Shown here piece after piece: positions 35,960-49,320 of a DNA stretch of 64,000 nucleotides; position 1 is the first letter of the stretch, and every line of letters begins with the position of its first letter. A program made the position numbers and the translations under genes. Under the pieces are notes generated by a model. It searched no databases and was not told where the DNA came from. It was given only the letters and a program-made list of their open reading frames with translations. This DNA is from Hemiscyllium ocellatum. Lineage: Eukaryota. The stretch lies in NCBI RefSeq assembly GCF_020745735.1, contig NC_083409.1, forward strand, positions 12,957,259 through 13,021,258. Reading direction: 5' to 3'.

Positions 35960-36270
35960 GGAATGGACTGTCATAGAATCTCTCCTGTGAGGAAACAGGT
36001 TATTTGGCCCAACAAGTCCACACTGACCCTTGGAAGAGTAACTCACCCAAGACCCAATCCCCTATCCCATTACTCTACTTTTCCCCTGACTAATGAACCT
36101 AACCTACACATCCCTGACCACTATGGGCAATTTAGCACAGCCAATTCACCTAACCTACAAGTCTTTAGATTGTGGGAGGAAACCAGAGCACCCAGAGGAA
36201 ATCAACGCAGACATGGGGAGAATGTGCAAACTCCACACAGACAGTTGCCTGAGGCTGGAATCGAACCCGG
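35960..36270 (-). mobile_element. HE1-type SINE
   Basis: gaggaaacaggttatttggcccaacaagtccacac...gaggctggaatcgaacccgggtc. Confidence 0.75.
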
Positions 36271-36289
36271 GTCAAAATATTCGGACCTG

Positions 36290-38540
36290 CCTTGACTTTG
36301 CTCCAGCTTTTGCATCCACCTCTGGCCTTACCCACTCTGCAACCAAGACTCCGACTACATTTCCCAGAGTCACCCTGAGTCCATTGCCTACTTGCAGCCA
36401 GCCAGCTCACTCGCTCTCCCTCCTCACCCATTCCTCCCCTCAGTGCACCCTAACCCTCCACTTCTCCATCTTCACCTCATTCCCATCTTCCCACTCCCCC
36501 ACCTCACTCCACAACCCACCTCCGCCTCAATCTCCTTTCTCTCCCACACCCATTCCCCGTGCTACATCACAATCAACCCTCACCCACCACATGCCATCAC
36601 CCTTCCCCCCCTCCCCTCCTTCAGCCACCTTGGGCCCTCCCCAAAAACCTCACCCCTGAGCCTTGCCACACTTTTACTATTCCCCCCCCCCCGACCTCGA
36701 ACTCTCTGAGGCCAAAAGGTCCATCTTCAGGAAAGGGCTCACAGTCTTTCCTGCCCAACCCCATCTCAACAAAACCCGCACCCACCACGACATGGAGCTC
36801 TTCTTCTGCCGCCTCTACCTCCGTGTCTTCTCCTTTAACAAAAACTCCCAACCTCCCTCTGAGGACCCGTCCTCCCAACCTTCCTCCTCCATTTGGTCAC
36901 CCCCCCCATCCCCCACCACCAGCTGTATACACATCTTCGACCTTTTCAGTGCTGACCACTGACGTGACATCAGCCGCCTCAATTTCTCCACCTCCCCCCC
37001 CCCACCCCGTCACCCTCTCCTACCACCCCCCCCTCTGATTGAGGACTCCATTTTCTCTGCACCAACCCCTGGTTCACTATCAATCCCACTGACAAAGGTG
37101 GGGTGGTAGTCTGGAGAACAGACCTAAATGTCACAGAGACCGAACGCCAATTCTCCGACACCATGCCCTACTTCTCCCTTGCCCATGACCCCGCGGTGAC
37201 CCATCAGGCCAAAATCACTTGCATTATCAGTGCCCCCATTGCCTCCAGTGATCTCCCCTCCATTGCCTCCAATCTCATAATCCCCCAGCCCCACAATGAC
37301 AAGTTCTATCTGCTCCTCAAGATCCACATCCAACTACTCCGGCTGATCCATTGTCCCAGCATGCTCCTGCTCCACCAAACTCATCTCATCCTACCTCAAC
37401 TCTCCTCCTTGGTTCAGGCACTTCCCACCTACATCCGCTACACCAACCGCACCTCCATCTCTTCAGTAACGTCCAGATCCCCAGCCCTGAGTGCTTTATC
37501 TCCACTATGGATGTGCAGTCCTTATATATATCCATACCCGATAAGGATGGCCTCCAGACCCTCCACCTTTTCCTCTACAACAGACCTATCCAGTCCCCTT
37601 CCACCAATACCCTCCTCCATCTTGCTGAACTTGTCCTCACCCTCAGCAACGTTTACTTTAACTCTTCCATTTCCTCCAAATCCAGGGGGTGGCCATGGGC
37701 ACCCAGATAGGCCCCAGCTACGCCTGCTTCTTTATCGACTATGTTGTACAGTCCCTCCTCGGTATCTACACAGGCACTATGCCCCAACTCTTCCGCCATT
37801 ACATCAATGACTGCATCAGTGCAGTGACCTGCACCCAGGCTAAACTGGAGCAGTTCATCGGCTTTACCCACAACTTCCACCCCGTCCTCAAATTCCCTTG
37901 GTCCATCTCGGACACCTCCCTCCCCTTTATTGACCTCTCCATTTCCAATTCTGGTGATAATCTACAAACAGACATTTACTACAAACCCACAGACTCCCAT
38001 ATCTAAATGGACTACACCTCCTCTCACCTAGTATCTTGTAAGAACTCCATTTCATTCTCCCAATTCCTCTGCCTCTGCCCCATCTGCTCGGATGAGGAGA
38101 TATTCCATTGATCACAGATGTCCAACTGTTATGAACAATGTGTTTTTCCTCATTCTGCCATCCACTGCACTATGTTTATTTCCTGTTCCACTGCTCTAAA
38201 CCCACCCCCCTCTAAATACAATAAAGGCAGAGTCCCTATTGTCGTCACCTATCAACCCAGCAATCTCTGAATCCAACGCATCATTCTTAAACACTTCCAT
38301 CAACTCTAACTAGACCACACCACTTGATACATCTTCCTCTCCCCAGCCCTGGCTGCCTTCCACAAGGACCATTCACTTCGATAATTCTTGATCTGTGCCA
38401 CTTGCACTGCAACTATCCCGAACCGCTCGGTAGCTTCCCCTGCAACCTGAAAACATGCAAAACCTGCTGGTACACCAATCCCTCCCCTCCATCCAGGGCC
38501 CCAAACAGTCCTTCCAGGTGAGACAGAGGTTCACCTGCTT
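36290..38540 (+). mobile_element. Penelope-like element RT region (decayed)
   Basis: AMGTQIGPSYACFF...FRHYINDC...LPFIDL...TDIYYKPTDSH, matching the Penelope RT signature GxxMG..PxYA, RYIDD, YxKPTD. Confidence 0.85.
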
Positions 38541-41105
38541 CTCCTCCAACCTAGATTACTGCAGAGAAGTCTTGTTAAAACTGTACGGGGTGTTAGTGAG
38601 GCTGCATCTGGGGTATTGTGTGCAATTTTTTCGTCTCTGTATTTAAGAAAGGATGGACAGCCGTTGTAGTCTTCCTCCAACTCCCATTTCCCATGCCCTT
38701 CTGTGCTCCAATGTCCTTCCCTCACAACGAAGCTGGTTTGTCGCCTGCCTGCAGTAGCAGCCTCTAGTCTCTGGGTGGTGCTACCAAAAGATCTGCATTG
38801 CCCAGGCTGTCACAGTTCCCACATTACGGGAATGTCTGGTTTTTGGAAGCATTCCATTGGCTGTAAAATATTTTCGAACATCCTAAGTTCAAGGATGGTA
38901 TAACAAAAACATAATTCTCTCTCCTTTTATATTTTATCTCTATGCCTTCCCACCTGTCTCCTAACAACATCACAGACATGTATAAAATCTAGAATGAATC
39001 ATGAATCTCTGGGAGAACTTACTCTGTGACAACACGGGGATTAATGACCACCTCCTCAGTGGGCTTTGAGGGTGAAGGTCAATAGCACTCTCATTGGGAC
39101 TTGATCTGAGTTGTCTCCAGTTAGTCAGTGTTATTGTTCTGGGTCCAGACAGTACTGACCAACGCTGTGTTCTGATTGAGATGAAGGGTGAGCTGTGCTG
39201 GGATTTCACACGTGGCTTACACACACATAGTGAAGCAGTGATAACTCATTTCATGAGAGCAAATGGAATCAACAAAATGGGTGGATGTGACACCCTCAAA
39301 CTCTCCCTAAGATAGTGGGGAAAGGAACAGTAATATTCTCAGACAGAAAGGATGATAGAAATGGTACCCCACAGACAGAGGTGGGACAGGAAAAGCGACG
39401 CTCCCAAAAGACAGGGGACAGAAAAGGTCTGTTCCCTACGTTCTTGTTGTGACATATGTCCTTGGGAAATTGGTTTGGTTTATATTTTCTCAGTTGTATT
39501 TAGGTTTGATGAGGTGATTCGGGAACAAGGATTCCAATTCTATATTTCCTGTCACAGCAGATCTACTGAAGGTCATCCTTTCATTTAGAGGTTGCCCAGG
39601 TTTCTGTCCAGGCTGATACAGCATGGTCTACCAGTGCTGCTCCTATTGGGCTAAACCATCACACACGAGGGAATCTGACGGGCACTTTCTGTTTGTGCTG
39701 GCAAAGGGAGAGATTTGCGTTTACTGCAATGGCGGCTAAAGAAATGAGTCAGTGTATGTATTTCTAGCTGAGCACAATGTTCTGATGTTCATGATGGGAT
39801 TAACCTCGACAGTTCCCACTTGCCTTTACACCGACAGTGGAACAGGAAGTCACCACGCAGTGGTCTCCTGGCTCACACTGAGAAACCAAGTTGATGGTAT
39901 AACTGCAGACAGCAAGACAATGGCTTGGACTCACCGAACAATCAGAGGCTTCAGCCAACAACTATTTCACAGAAAAAATGGCGTGTTGTGTAAATCTCAG
40001 CATCTCAGGGAACAAACACAACTACTGAGCTACAAAAACCGAACAGGATATTTTTATGAAAATCGGCATTCCAAAAATGAAATCCAAACACAATATGTAT
40101 AAAACCTGGGTACAATCTAATTTCAGAGACTACATCATTTTCTTTGAAAGCTGGACAATAATGAGATGGGAATTCAGCCACCCACTCCGTCACACGGTGT
40201 TGTAGTTGCACTGTCCTCAGCATAACATGGTTCAAAGCCTTTTAATAACACGAAAGGGGAGAGGAACATTGCAGACCGTATTACCACGAGTGAGGATCCA
40301 TTAAAAACTAAGACCATGATGTTAAATGCTCCCAGCCATTAACAACACTGATGCATTCCCATCATTAGTTTGTTAAGTGATGTTCAAAGTCTGCCAAACA
40401 CTTTCATGAAGACAGAATATTTTAAATCTCAAGATGCATTGATGTTGTTTTTCAGTGCAATAGCAAGGAAGCAGCAGTTGACATATAAACTCTAACAAAC
40501 TAATGATAACAGGCATTTAGGACAGAGCTGGCTCCTGAGAGAAAACCATCAACAGCAGAGATCTGTCCAGTGCTTGGAACATTTTAGACAAGACACCTTG
40601 TTGCCAGCAAGTTACTGCAGCTTGAAAACTCCAGTACGGTCAGAAAGAGAAAAAGGACAATGTACAGATTGTTGAACAGGCCCCTACACCTGGGCCTGAG
40701 GCAGGAGCCCAAGCTCCAACACACTGGCCTCACTTCACACCAACCTTCACACAGTGCGGGGTCATCAACTCTGGCCATCAATCTCTCAGGGACTGGGACG
40801 GAGTGAGGGAACAGGGACAATTGTAGAGGAGTCAATAAGGAGTAAAGCAAGATGGAGAGGGTGTGTTGGAAAAGGGGTTTGAGGAGGAAATATACTTTGT
40901 GCCCCTCGATACTGATATTGTCCATTTGTATCACAGAATGAACAAAACAGCACACTGTGAAGACAATCACAAGTTACACCAAAGTACTTTTCTTATCACA
41001 GGGGACATTTTCATTGTGGTACGATAAGTACCCTGCTTCTGAAGCTGGACACACTCTCTGCATCTTTGCAGTTTATGTTTTACTGATCAGGGACAGTGAA
41101 GCAGC

Positions 41106-41159
41106 TGCCCTCTAGTGGCGAGAGAGAGCGCTTGCCCTGCTGCTGAGGATTATGGGTAA
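41106..41159 (-). promoter_or_regulatory. CTCF motif (41106-41119) with an adjacent ZNF143/Staf-like motif (41147-41159)
   Basis: The - strand reads GCCACTAGAGGGCA, matching CCASYAGRKGGCR, and TTACCCATAATCC, matching the first 13 nt of the Staf consensus. The surrounding sequence is not recognisably a repeat. Confidence 0.65.
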
Positions 41160-43299
41160 AGTCCCGTTCCATTTGCGCCCACATGTTTTCAAGGGGCTGC
41201 TCTTTCAACGGTGGAACTGGACTTAATACATCAGTTGAGGACAAACCAACTTGTCATATAGCTGAGCACATCTTCCTGGCTTTTCGAGGCACATAATTAT
41301 ACGAATTAGGGACAGATGAAGGAGATTCATCCTCTTGATCCTGTTCCACATGGCGGATCTGATTATTCCACATTCTTGCCTAAATCTGATAGATTACTGA
41401 TAAGCAAGGGCTGAAAGGCTGTCTAATTCTTCATTACAAGTATTCAGAGATTTCTGTAGACCTTTTAAACAAGAGTTTCAAAGACCTATGACTGTACGCA
41501 AGACAAACAAAATCTGCTTTTCTCATTATTAAATGAGGGAACTTATTTTAGTTTAGTATTATCCCCGAAAACGTAACATTTTTTTCACATCCAGACTGTA
41601 TTCTATGCTAATGTTGATATGGCATCTGCTTTATCAGCTGCTCTCTCATGAAAACAGCTGCCTGTGCTGACACCTTCAGTGACTAATGCACATAAGCATC
41701 CAGGCCCTACTGCCACTACAGCTATCCATATTTGTATCCTTTAGTTTGATTTGTCTCACCACATTTTCCTTCCAAAATCGACATCTCTTCCCATTAAATT
41801 GTATCTGCAATCATCTGCTCATTCCATTATCTTACCGACATCCTTTTTGAAATTCGACACTATCTTCTTCATAAGCCACAATACTTAAAAAGATTTATAT
41901 CATCAGAAAACCTTGAAATTATGCCTTGTACACTCAGGTTAACATAGATTTATTGTTAACATTTAGTTTAAATAAATTATCATCTGTTTTGACCAAATCC
42001 CCCAGTCAGTTCGGCTGTGGCTAACCTGGAACACATTCCCCCTTAGTTCTGTAAACCTTACTGTCCTGAGCGAATGAACATCGAACCCTGGCCTTTACAG
42101 CTTTTCCAATTGCGAGTACCGGATTCTCACACTTTTTCAGAAGGAGTTTTTCCTGAAATCATCCTAATTTTAATTTTAACAACCCTCTTGTTCTGAACTC
42201 TGGCACTAGAGAAAACAGTTTACATCAACATTGTTAATCATTTCCAGCGGAAAAGCCTCACTTATGCAACCTGTTTGCTGTCATTAACAGTTTCAGGTCT
42301 GAAGGTGACATGACAGGCTGGATACTGAGAGGATGGTTCCTGTTGTAGGGCAGACAAGAACTAGAGGGTCAATTTAACACAAAGCAGTCTCCCGTTTAAA
42401 ACCAAGAGGTTTTGTTTTGATGGCTGACGGTCGACAGTCTGGGGAATTCTCTTCTCTACATGGGAATGGAGGCTGGGTCATTGAGTTCACTCAAGGTTGA
42501 GATAGACAGATTTTTGATGAACATGGCAGTTCAGTATAATGGGGGAATTGGGGCAAGCAGAAAGTGCAGCTGAGACCACACCCAGATGAGCAGTGATCTT
42601 CTTCATTGGCACAGCAGCTCCCAAAAGGCCTGCTCCTGCTCCTGGGTCCTATGTTCTGGCAGTGGCTGCAACAATCCTGGACCCCCATCTTTCCTTTGTC
42701 ACTCACTGACAGAAATATAATTTCAAAACAAACATTTTCTTTAACAAACACAACTCAACTCTCGTTACATTATTTTTCTCAGCTGCCTTCTTATCGCCAC
42801 AGGGTTTGGGAAACATACGTTTTGTCTTCAGTTGGAAGGGAGGCAGACAGAGACAGAGTGAGGCCTCAGAGAACACAGAGAGCTCTCACTCTGCACAGCA
42901 AAGCTTTTTTGGGTGGGGGTGAAGAGGAGAGAATCATGGGGAAAAGAGAACTTAGAGTTCAAAATAAAAGCTCTTCGCATATTACTGTCACTTAATGAAT
43001 TAATGTGAGAGGATTAGAGACCCAGAACAATGAGAGTGTGGTGCCTCAGAGGCTAAAAGGCAGACATTATTCCTTCTCAGGGCATGAATGCCAGTGATAA
43101 GCCTCAAATGTATTGCCCATCTCCAGCTGCTCGGACTGCGTTCTTTGCTGAACCAGATCATGGGGCCGTTAAGAATTAATTGAGTCAGTGTGAGACTGGA
43201 GTCACAAGACCGGGTGATGACTGGGTTCCCTTGCCCAAAGAACATTCATGAACATGACATTGAGTTTCATGGGTTTTTTTGTTCAGATTCCAATGATGA

Positions 43300-43945
43300 T
43301 GTAGACCCCCTTGCAGGACCCCTCGGTCTCATGATCGGTCAAAAGAATCACTAGGAGTACAGTCTGGTTAAAGCAAGGTTACTAGTTTCATAAATTAAGG
43401 CACCCTGCACAGATTTGTCCAGCGACACAGAGGTTGAAAGCTTCTGTGTTCCATGGAGAAATGGTACAATTATATTCAAAAATTACACATTATTTATATG
43501 TTTTTTTAAGAGATAGGACAGCCTTAACTACAAGAAAAGACCAATCACATATAATAAGTTGACATGATATTTCCTGGGAAAGGGTTCTTAATTACAAGAA
43601 AAGTTCGATCAACCATAATAAAGTGATATGACAGGCCAGTCCAATGATATTCCCCGGGAAACAGATTGTTATATGCACAGAATTACCCCAGGTTTGCTAG
43701 TTCAGGATTAGTTCAAATACCAAATCACTGTCTTATAATTCCTATTCTGAAAAATCCATTGTATTTTCTGAACTTGTATTTAGCTTAACACAGCAAAGCA
43801 GCAGCACAAGTTCACAAGAGTCAAATCATTACTTTCAGCCATGTTGTTGTGTTATTTTAAATTGAAAATCCATTTTGTGGTTCATAAAAATCTACATATA
43901 TTTGTTGCTTCTGACAACAACCTAAATTCAAATGTTAGATCCTCA
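43300..43945 (-). mobile_element. Retroviral 3' LTR (646 bp)
   Basis: TG...CA termini. The polypurine tract aaaggggggaa abuts TGAGGATC on the - strand (43946-43956). TATAAATA on the - strand at about 43491-43498. Confidence 0.7.
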
Positions 43946-43962
43946 TTCCCCCCTTTGTCATT

Positions 43963-45821
43963 CTATGACCACACCATAAAGGCATGGATCAAATTAACCC
44001 AATCCAATGGCAGCGAAAGACTGCAGTATTTTCTCTTCCTCCGAAGATGAATCAGGGGCAGGCGATGATGCTTCTCATCATCATCTAAGTGGAGAAGAAA
44101 CATTCTCTGGATGGAGCCAATGTTGTCAATAGAAATTAATATTTTAGCAAGAATACTCTTAACAATAGCAATACCAACAAAAAGACCAACTAAAACAATA
44201 GCAGCATACATAGCCATATTGATTAGCCAGTTGTACCATGAGCCAAAACCCCAATCTGCCAATCCTGCACCTTCATTCATTTGGTTGACATAAGTGTGGA
44301 TGCTATCTATATGTCTAGTAATATTTTCGATGAACAAAGTGACCCCCATGATACACTTTCCTTTGACTGTGGCGCAAACTCCACCTTCCTCCACAAGTAT
44401 GTAATCAAAAGCATAGCTGTTTTGTTGGGTACAGAGGCACAATTCTGAAAGCATGTCCCTAATTTCTATTAGGGCAGCAGTTGTCTCATTTCATGAAATC
44501 ATGAGTCCACAAATGAGATAATTATGGTTTTGATGACTAATAACTCCTGACGACCCTCCTACAGAAAGAACACTAAGAGCTGCATATGCCAATGAGTGAG
44601 TTTTATTTTTTGATAGAACACTTGCATTCTTCCATTCTGCACAAAAGTCAGGAGAAAGTGAATGTTTAATCAGGGAATTTGAGTCTTGTTGCCAGGTAAT
44701 TGGACAGGGAACAGTAGTTGGAAATAGTGTTCCTACAGCTACATCATGATGTGTATCTGCTCTATTCAGAACAAGGTAGGTATACGCCTTATTGTGACTG
44801 AAAAAAATACTATCCAGGTTTAGTATAGATAATGGAGGGACCTTCCCAATAAGAAGCAGGCCTATCTTTGTAACTTCCTGGAGTACCTGTGTAATTCATG
44901 ATTACATAATTTGGCCCCGAACATAATGGCTGAAAATGATTTAGTCGAATGAGGTGGGTTTCTTGATAAGGGACGTGGTCGACATCCCAGAATAGTTCTA
45001 CCCATCCAATAATTGGGAAAATATTAGTGCCATTAAGGGTATCATAACGAAGGTGGGCGATGTTACCCACCTTACAAAGAGTTTGAATACCAGTGGTAAT
45101 AGAGACACATTTCTCCTTAAGGCATACACATGAGATGCAAGGTCCTTCAAGGAAGCAGTGATGACTGATACATTTAATCATAAGACAGGGGATAATTTTA
45201 GGCACTTTTACATAAATGCATCCTCCTCATCCCTGGAAGGATAAAAGGCGTCAGGGAGTCTCTTGCTGAAGTAAGGACATAACAAAGTTCTTCATTCTCT
45301 CCAAATATTTTATTATGGGTTGTTAGAAACATATTGCTAGTGAAGGATAACATCCCCCCTTTGTCTATTTTAACATGATCTATCTGAAAGGGGACAAGGC
45401 TTACCAGGGATGCCCATTGTACAAATGTAATCAACTGGCACACAACACCTTTACAGGGTCAAGACCATTTAGACTTGTTCTGTAAATTAACTGTTCAATC
45501 TTTTTGATGCAGTTGATCAGTGCAATGGTCATTCTTGGTAACATTCAGCTTCTTGGTACACAAGGACATCTTCCTGGCGTAGTTGGTACACAGTCTCTGT
45601 TTGCTCAGGATCACACAGGTAAACTGTCCCTTCTTATGCACCAATGCTGGCAATGGCAAGTCCACACAGCAGGTCAAGTTCGATCTTTATCATCTCCCCC
45701 TTGCAAGGTAGGAGGCCGCGGAGTTCCATTGTAATAAAATATAAACCATTTCCTCCTTGTATATACAATATACACATAAGCAATTAAAATAGGCAGCAGC
45801 AAAGAAGGAACACAAACTCAT
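43963..45821 (-). pseudogene. env: Endogenous retrovirus env (gamma-type), decayed
   Basis: TM subunit with a heptad, an ISD-like QQNSYAFDYILVEEGGVC, C-x6-C(I) as a decayed CX6CC, and a hydrophobic anchor (YAAIVLVGLFVGIAIV). The ORF ends just before the PPT. The Cys-rich SU upstream has stops and frameshifts. Confidence 0.85.
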
Positions 45822-45932
45822 CTCGTAAGAGTCACCCATATTCTGGTTTGAGTATTGAGGGAGTACCCTATTTGAGGCCGTAATTTGTGCTCTTCAGCAG
45901 GCTAAGAGCAATTTTGAAATAAATAATTTTGA

Positions 45933-46250
45933 GGGCGGCACGGTGGCACAGTGGTTAGCACTGCTGCCTCACAGCGCCAGGAACCTGGGTTCAATTCCCA
46001 CCTCAGGCGACTGACTGTGTGGAGTTTGCACGTTCTCCCCGTGTCTGCGTGGGTTTCCTCCGGGTGCTCCGGTTTCCTCCCACAGTCCAAAGATGTGCGG
46101 GTCAGGTAAATTGGCCATGCTAAATTGCCTGTAGTGTCAGGTAAGGGGTATATGTAGGGGTATGGGTGGGTTGCGCTTCGGCGAGTCGGTGTGGACTTGT
46201 TGGGCCAAAGGGCCTGTTTCCACACTGTAAGTAATCTAAATTAAATTAAA
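45933..46250 (+). mobile_element. HE1-type SINE, full length and young-looking
   Basis: gggcggcacggtggcacagtggttagc (A box), ggttcaattcc (B box), core, and an A/T-rich tail. Confidence 0.9.
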
Positions 46251-48639
46251 TAATTCTCAAATCAATCAAGTTCAAATAGCCCACTTGAGTAAATATATTG
46301 CCCACACTGGCAAAAGGCTCATTCATTTTAAACTCTGCACTCGAGATTCCTTTCCTACCCATTATTTTCTTACTTTATACGGAGGAGCCCAGGCATGGGT
46401 GAATTAAGCAAACCTATATTTTTTAAATCCAGCTTTGCTAGGATGTAATACTCCTTGAAGTTTTGCTACTAAAAACATCAATATTACCTAAAATTTAGAT
46501 TAGTACTGCAATATATTGTATTCTCTAAAAAATCAAATGGCCTGAGCTACAGCTGTAGTTGACAGTATTTAGAATTCAGTGTAGAAACCAGATGGTGATT
46601 TTGAGCAGAGAAGTTGGTGATGAATATTGCATGGAGGGCAATGCTGCCCCCAAATTATGGTAACATGACACAAAGCTTTCAATCCAATCTGACATTTTCT
46701 AATATTGAGCTAACCCTAGAATTTAGACATTGGTACTGTCTTAAAATTATAAACCATCATTGTTCAGGATCAAATATTTAAATGAAGATAATAGCTCAGC
46801 CAGACACTCCTTCTTCGATCTAACAGCCCAATCCAAAGATAAATCAAATTAACCAGTGTGCATTCTTATAAGCTCCATACACAAAGCAAAGACATTTAGG
46901 CTTAGCGTCTACGTATGAAACTAAATCACTTGATAATTCAGTCAGTAGTACCTTGTAATATAAAGTACCTGTAATTATTGCAGAAATGGAAATTTGCAAA
47001 TTACTTCCAAATTTGTAAACAATATGGAAAGCAATTCAAACACTAAACCTGTATGATTACAGACAGTAAGCAATACAGAAATCAACCTCTACATTGTGAA
47101 TTGGCACTGAACAGACAGTCTCATTCCTCCATGATTTCTGCACCGTACCCAGGTCTGGCACACACGTCCTTATACTGTGTCTAACCGGGTTTTGCTAGGG
47201 ACCCAATGGGATCAGAAGTTTGGGGTGTAAGGCTGCCTGGGTGACAGCTGCATCTACTTGCCTCCTACTTTAGAAACAGTATCAGTTTCTTCAGCATGAG
47301 ACGAACATATTGATAATTGTCAGATTGATTGGACAAAGTAACATTACTATAACACTGCCCCCTTGAGGTTAAAAGTCTTCAATGTTCCCACAAGGCTCCA
47401 AAATCGTGGATCATATTAAAAGCACAATGAAGAATCAATGCATATTAGTAGATTTTCCTTTAGATAGGATGAAAACATGTCTATTCCCAACGTCAGCACA
47501 GATGTACATTACTCCCCATTGGCCACATTTCAACAGTTAAAGCAAGGGCCAGGCATTTGTCCCTGGGGGATTTTGCTGTCTTATTGCCAGTCTCAAAGGT
47601 GAAATACTGGGGCCTGCCTGTTCCCATTTTCAGTCCTGTCTGGGCCCAGAACCAAAGCACAAACTAACTGGAGACAACCCAGATCAAGTCACAATGAGAG
47701 TGTCATTGACCTTCACACTCAATGTTGCCAAAGAGGACATTCTCCCAGAGATTAATGATTCATTCTAGATTTCAAACAAGAGACTGAGATTGTGAGGGGT
47801 GTGGTGGAAAGAACATCCACTACTCTAAGAAAATTACCAGGAGATGCAGAAAATCCTTGATGAAGTTAAACTTTTATTTGCAAATACAAGCTGTGGCAAT
47901 CAAAAACTATATGTCCTGTCTGCCCACCCTCCTCCTGAAGTCTCTCCAGTTTATACTGCCCTAGTTTCTACACTAATCTGATAGCATTAGCATAACCAAT
48001 CATACTAGCTTGCTTTGTCTCTCTAAACTAATCATCGTCTGACACACTGGTCTACCGCTTACATTTAACCTATCACATTACACCACCATAGTCTTTAGCA
48101 TTAGCTCATCTATCGTGTGATTTAACTGGCCTATATCAGAGTGTGCTACCATTATCTGTTACCTGAGCCCTGTAACATAACCCTATGCATGCATTACTCC
48201 ACTAAATTAATGACATAACTGCCAAATTAACTTCCATATATTCCATACTAGTTACTTTATTTCCTAGACTAGCAGCCCGAAGTTTGCACCACTGCATTTA
48301 TAGTATCTATGAGCTCCTCCAAACAAACGATTGTGCCGGCATGTGCATTGTTGCAACAACTAGCTTATTCATGTCTTTAATGGATGGAAACCTGATATTC
48401 TCACCTACTCTGTCTTAAAGTGCTTCAGATTCCTTTCTACATAGGTCATCCTTGATTCTGTCAGCAATATCTAATTTGCTAGATTCCCACCCCCCCCAAA
48501 AAAACCCAAATTCTTTGTTTCCCAACAAGAAGGAAACATACAGATCTACGATGGAAAGGTGTTTCATGTTTGATGCTGTTCTGATGCCTGCTTTGTGATG
48601 AGTTCATGGTTTTTGCATTTGCTAACCTATTTCTATTGT

Positions 48640-49320
48640 TATTCAGATGGAATTATTCTTCTGGTGGCTGATTCATTTAAAATGAATTCATATAAATGGA
48701 GAGGCTGAGCTCAGCAGGTAATAATGAAGGCAAAGTGCTGTTGGTCTTTATTTCAAAGGGAGCAGTGTGTAAAAATAGAGAGGTCTTGCTAAAATTATAC
48801 CTAAAATCAAACCTAAAGTACCATGAAGAGTTTGATCCCCTTATCTGAGGAAAAATATACTGGTATTTGAGATAATCCAGTAAAAGTTCACTGTTAGTTC
48901 TGTGGATGGAGGGATTTTCTAATGACAGGTTGAATAAGTTAGACTCGTATTGATTGGAGTTTAAAAGAATGAGAGGGACCCTCATTGAAACATAAGGAAT
49001 TTTTAGAAGACTTGACAGTGTAGATGCTGAGAGAGTGTTTCACCTTTGTGATAAAGTCTAGGGCCAGAGGGCATAAACTCTGAGTAAGGGGTTGCTCATT
49101 TGAAACCAGTTTGGAGGAGTTCCTTCTCAGGGCAGTGAATCTGTGGAATTCTTTATCACAAGATTGTCAGGGCTGGGAAGCTAAACATATTCAAAGCTAA
49201 AATTAATTTTTGTTCAGTAAGAAAATAGAAGGTTATGTGAACAGGCAGGAAAGTGGAGTTGCAGATTATCAGATAACCCATAAGCTTACTGAAAGGTGAA
49301 GTGAACTTGGGCTGAATGGT
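48640..49320 (+). mobile_element. CR1 3' fragment
   Basis: gagcagtgtgtaaaaatagagaggtcttgctaaaattatac...ggagttccttctcagggcagtgaatctgtggaattct. Confidence 0.7.

Noticed and set aside
38975-39160. Inverted copy of 47635-47780
   Set aside because: Homology stops after about 190 bp on both sides. It is most likely two insertions of a dispersed repeat rather than an inversion boundary.
39838-40806. Apparent large decayed exon after a good acceptor, ending in an open 73-codon stretch (RHLVASKLLQLENSSTVRKRKR...)
   Set aside because: About 17 stops in 323 codons is what random sequence gives, and I could not recognise the protein. TBLASTX would be needed.
45933-46010. tRNA-like sequences with A and B boxes (also about 655-705, 6860 and 52470-52546)
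   Set aside because: They are SINE heads, not tRNA genes.
46700-48240. Two LTR-like segments on the - strand (about 46700-47353 with a PPT-like flank; about 47800-48240 with TATA, CCAAT and AATAAA)
   Set aside because: They match neither each other nor the env LTR, and I found no PBS or convincing TSD, so boundaries are unsupported.
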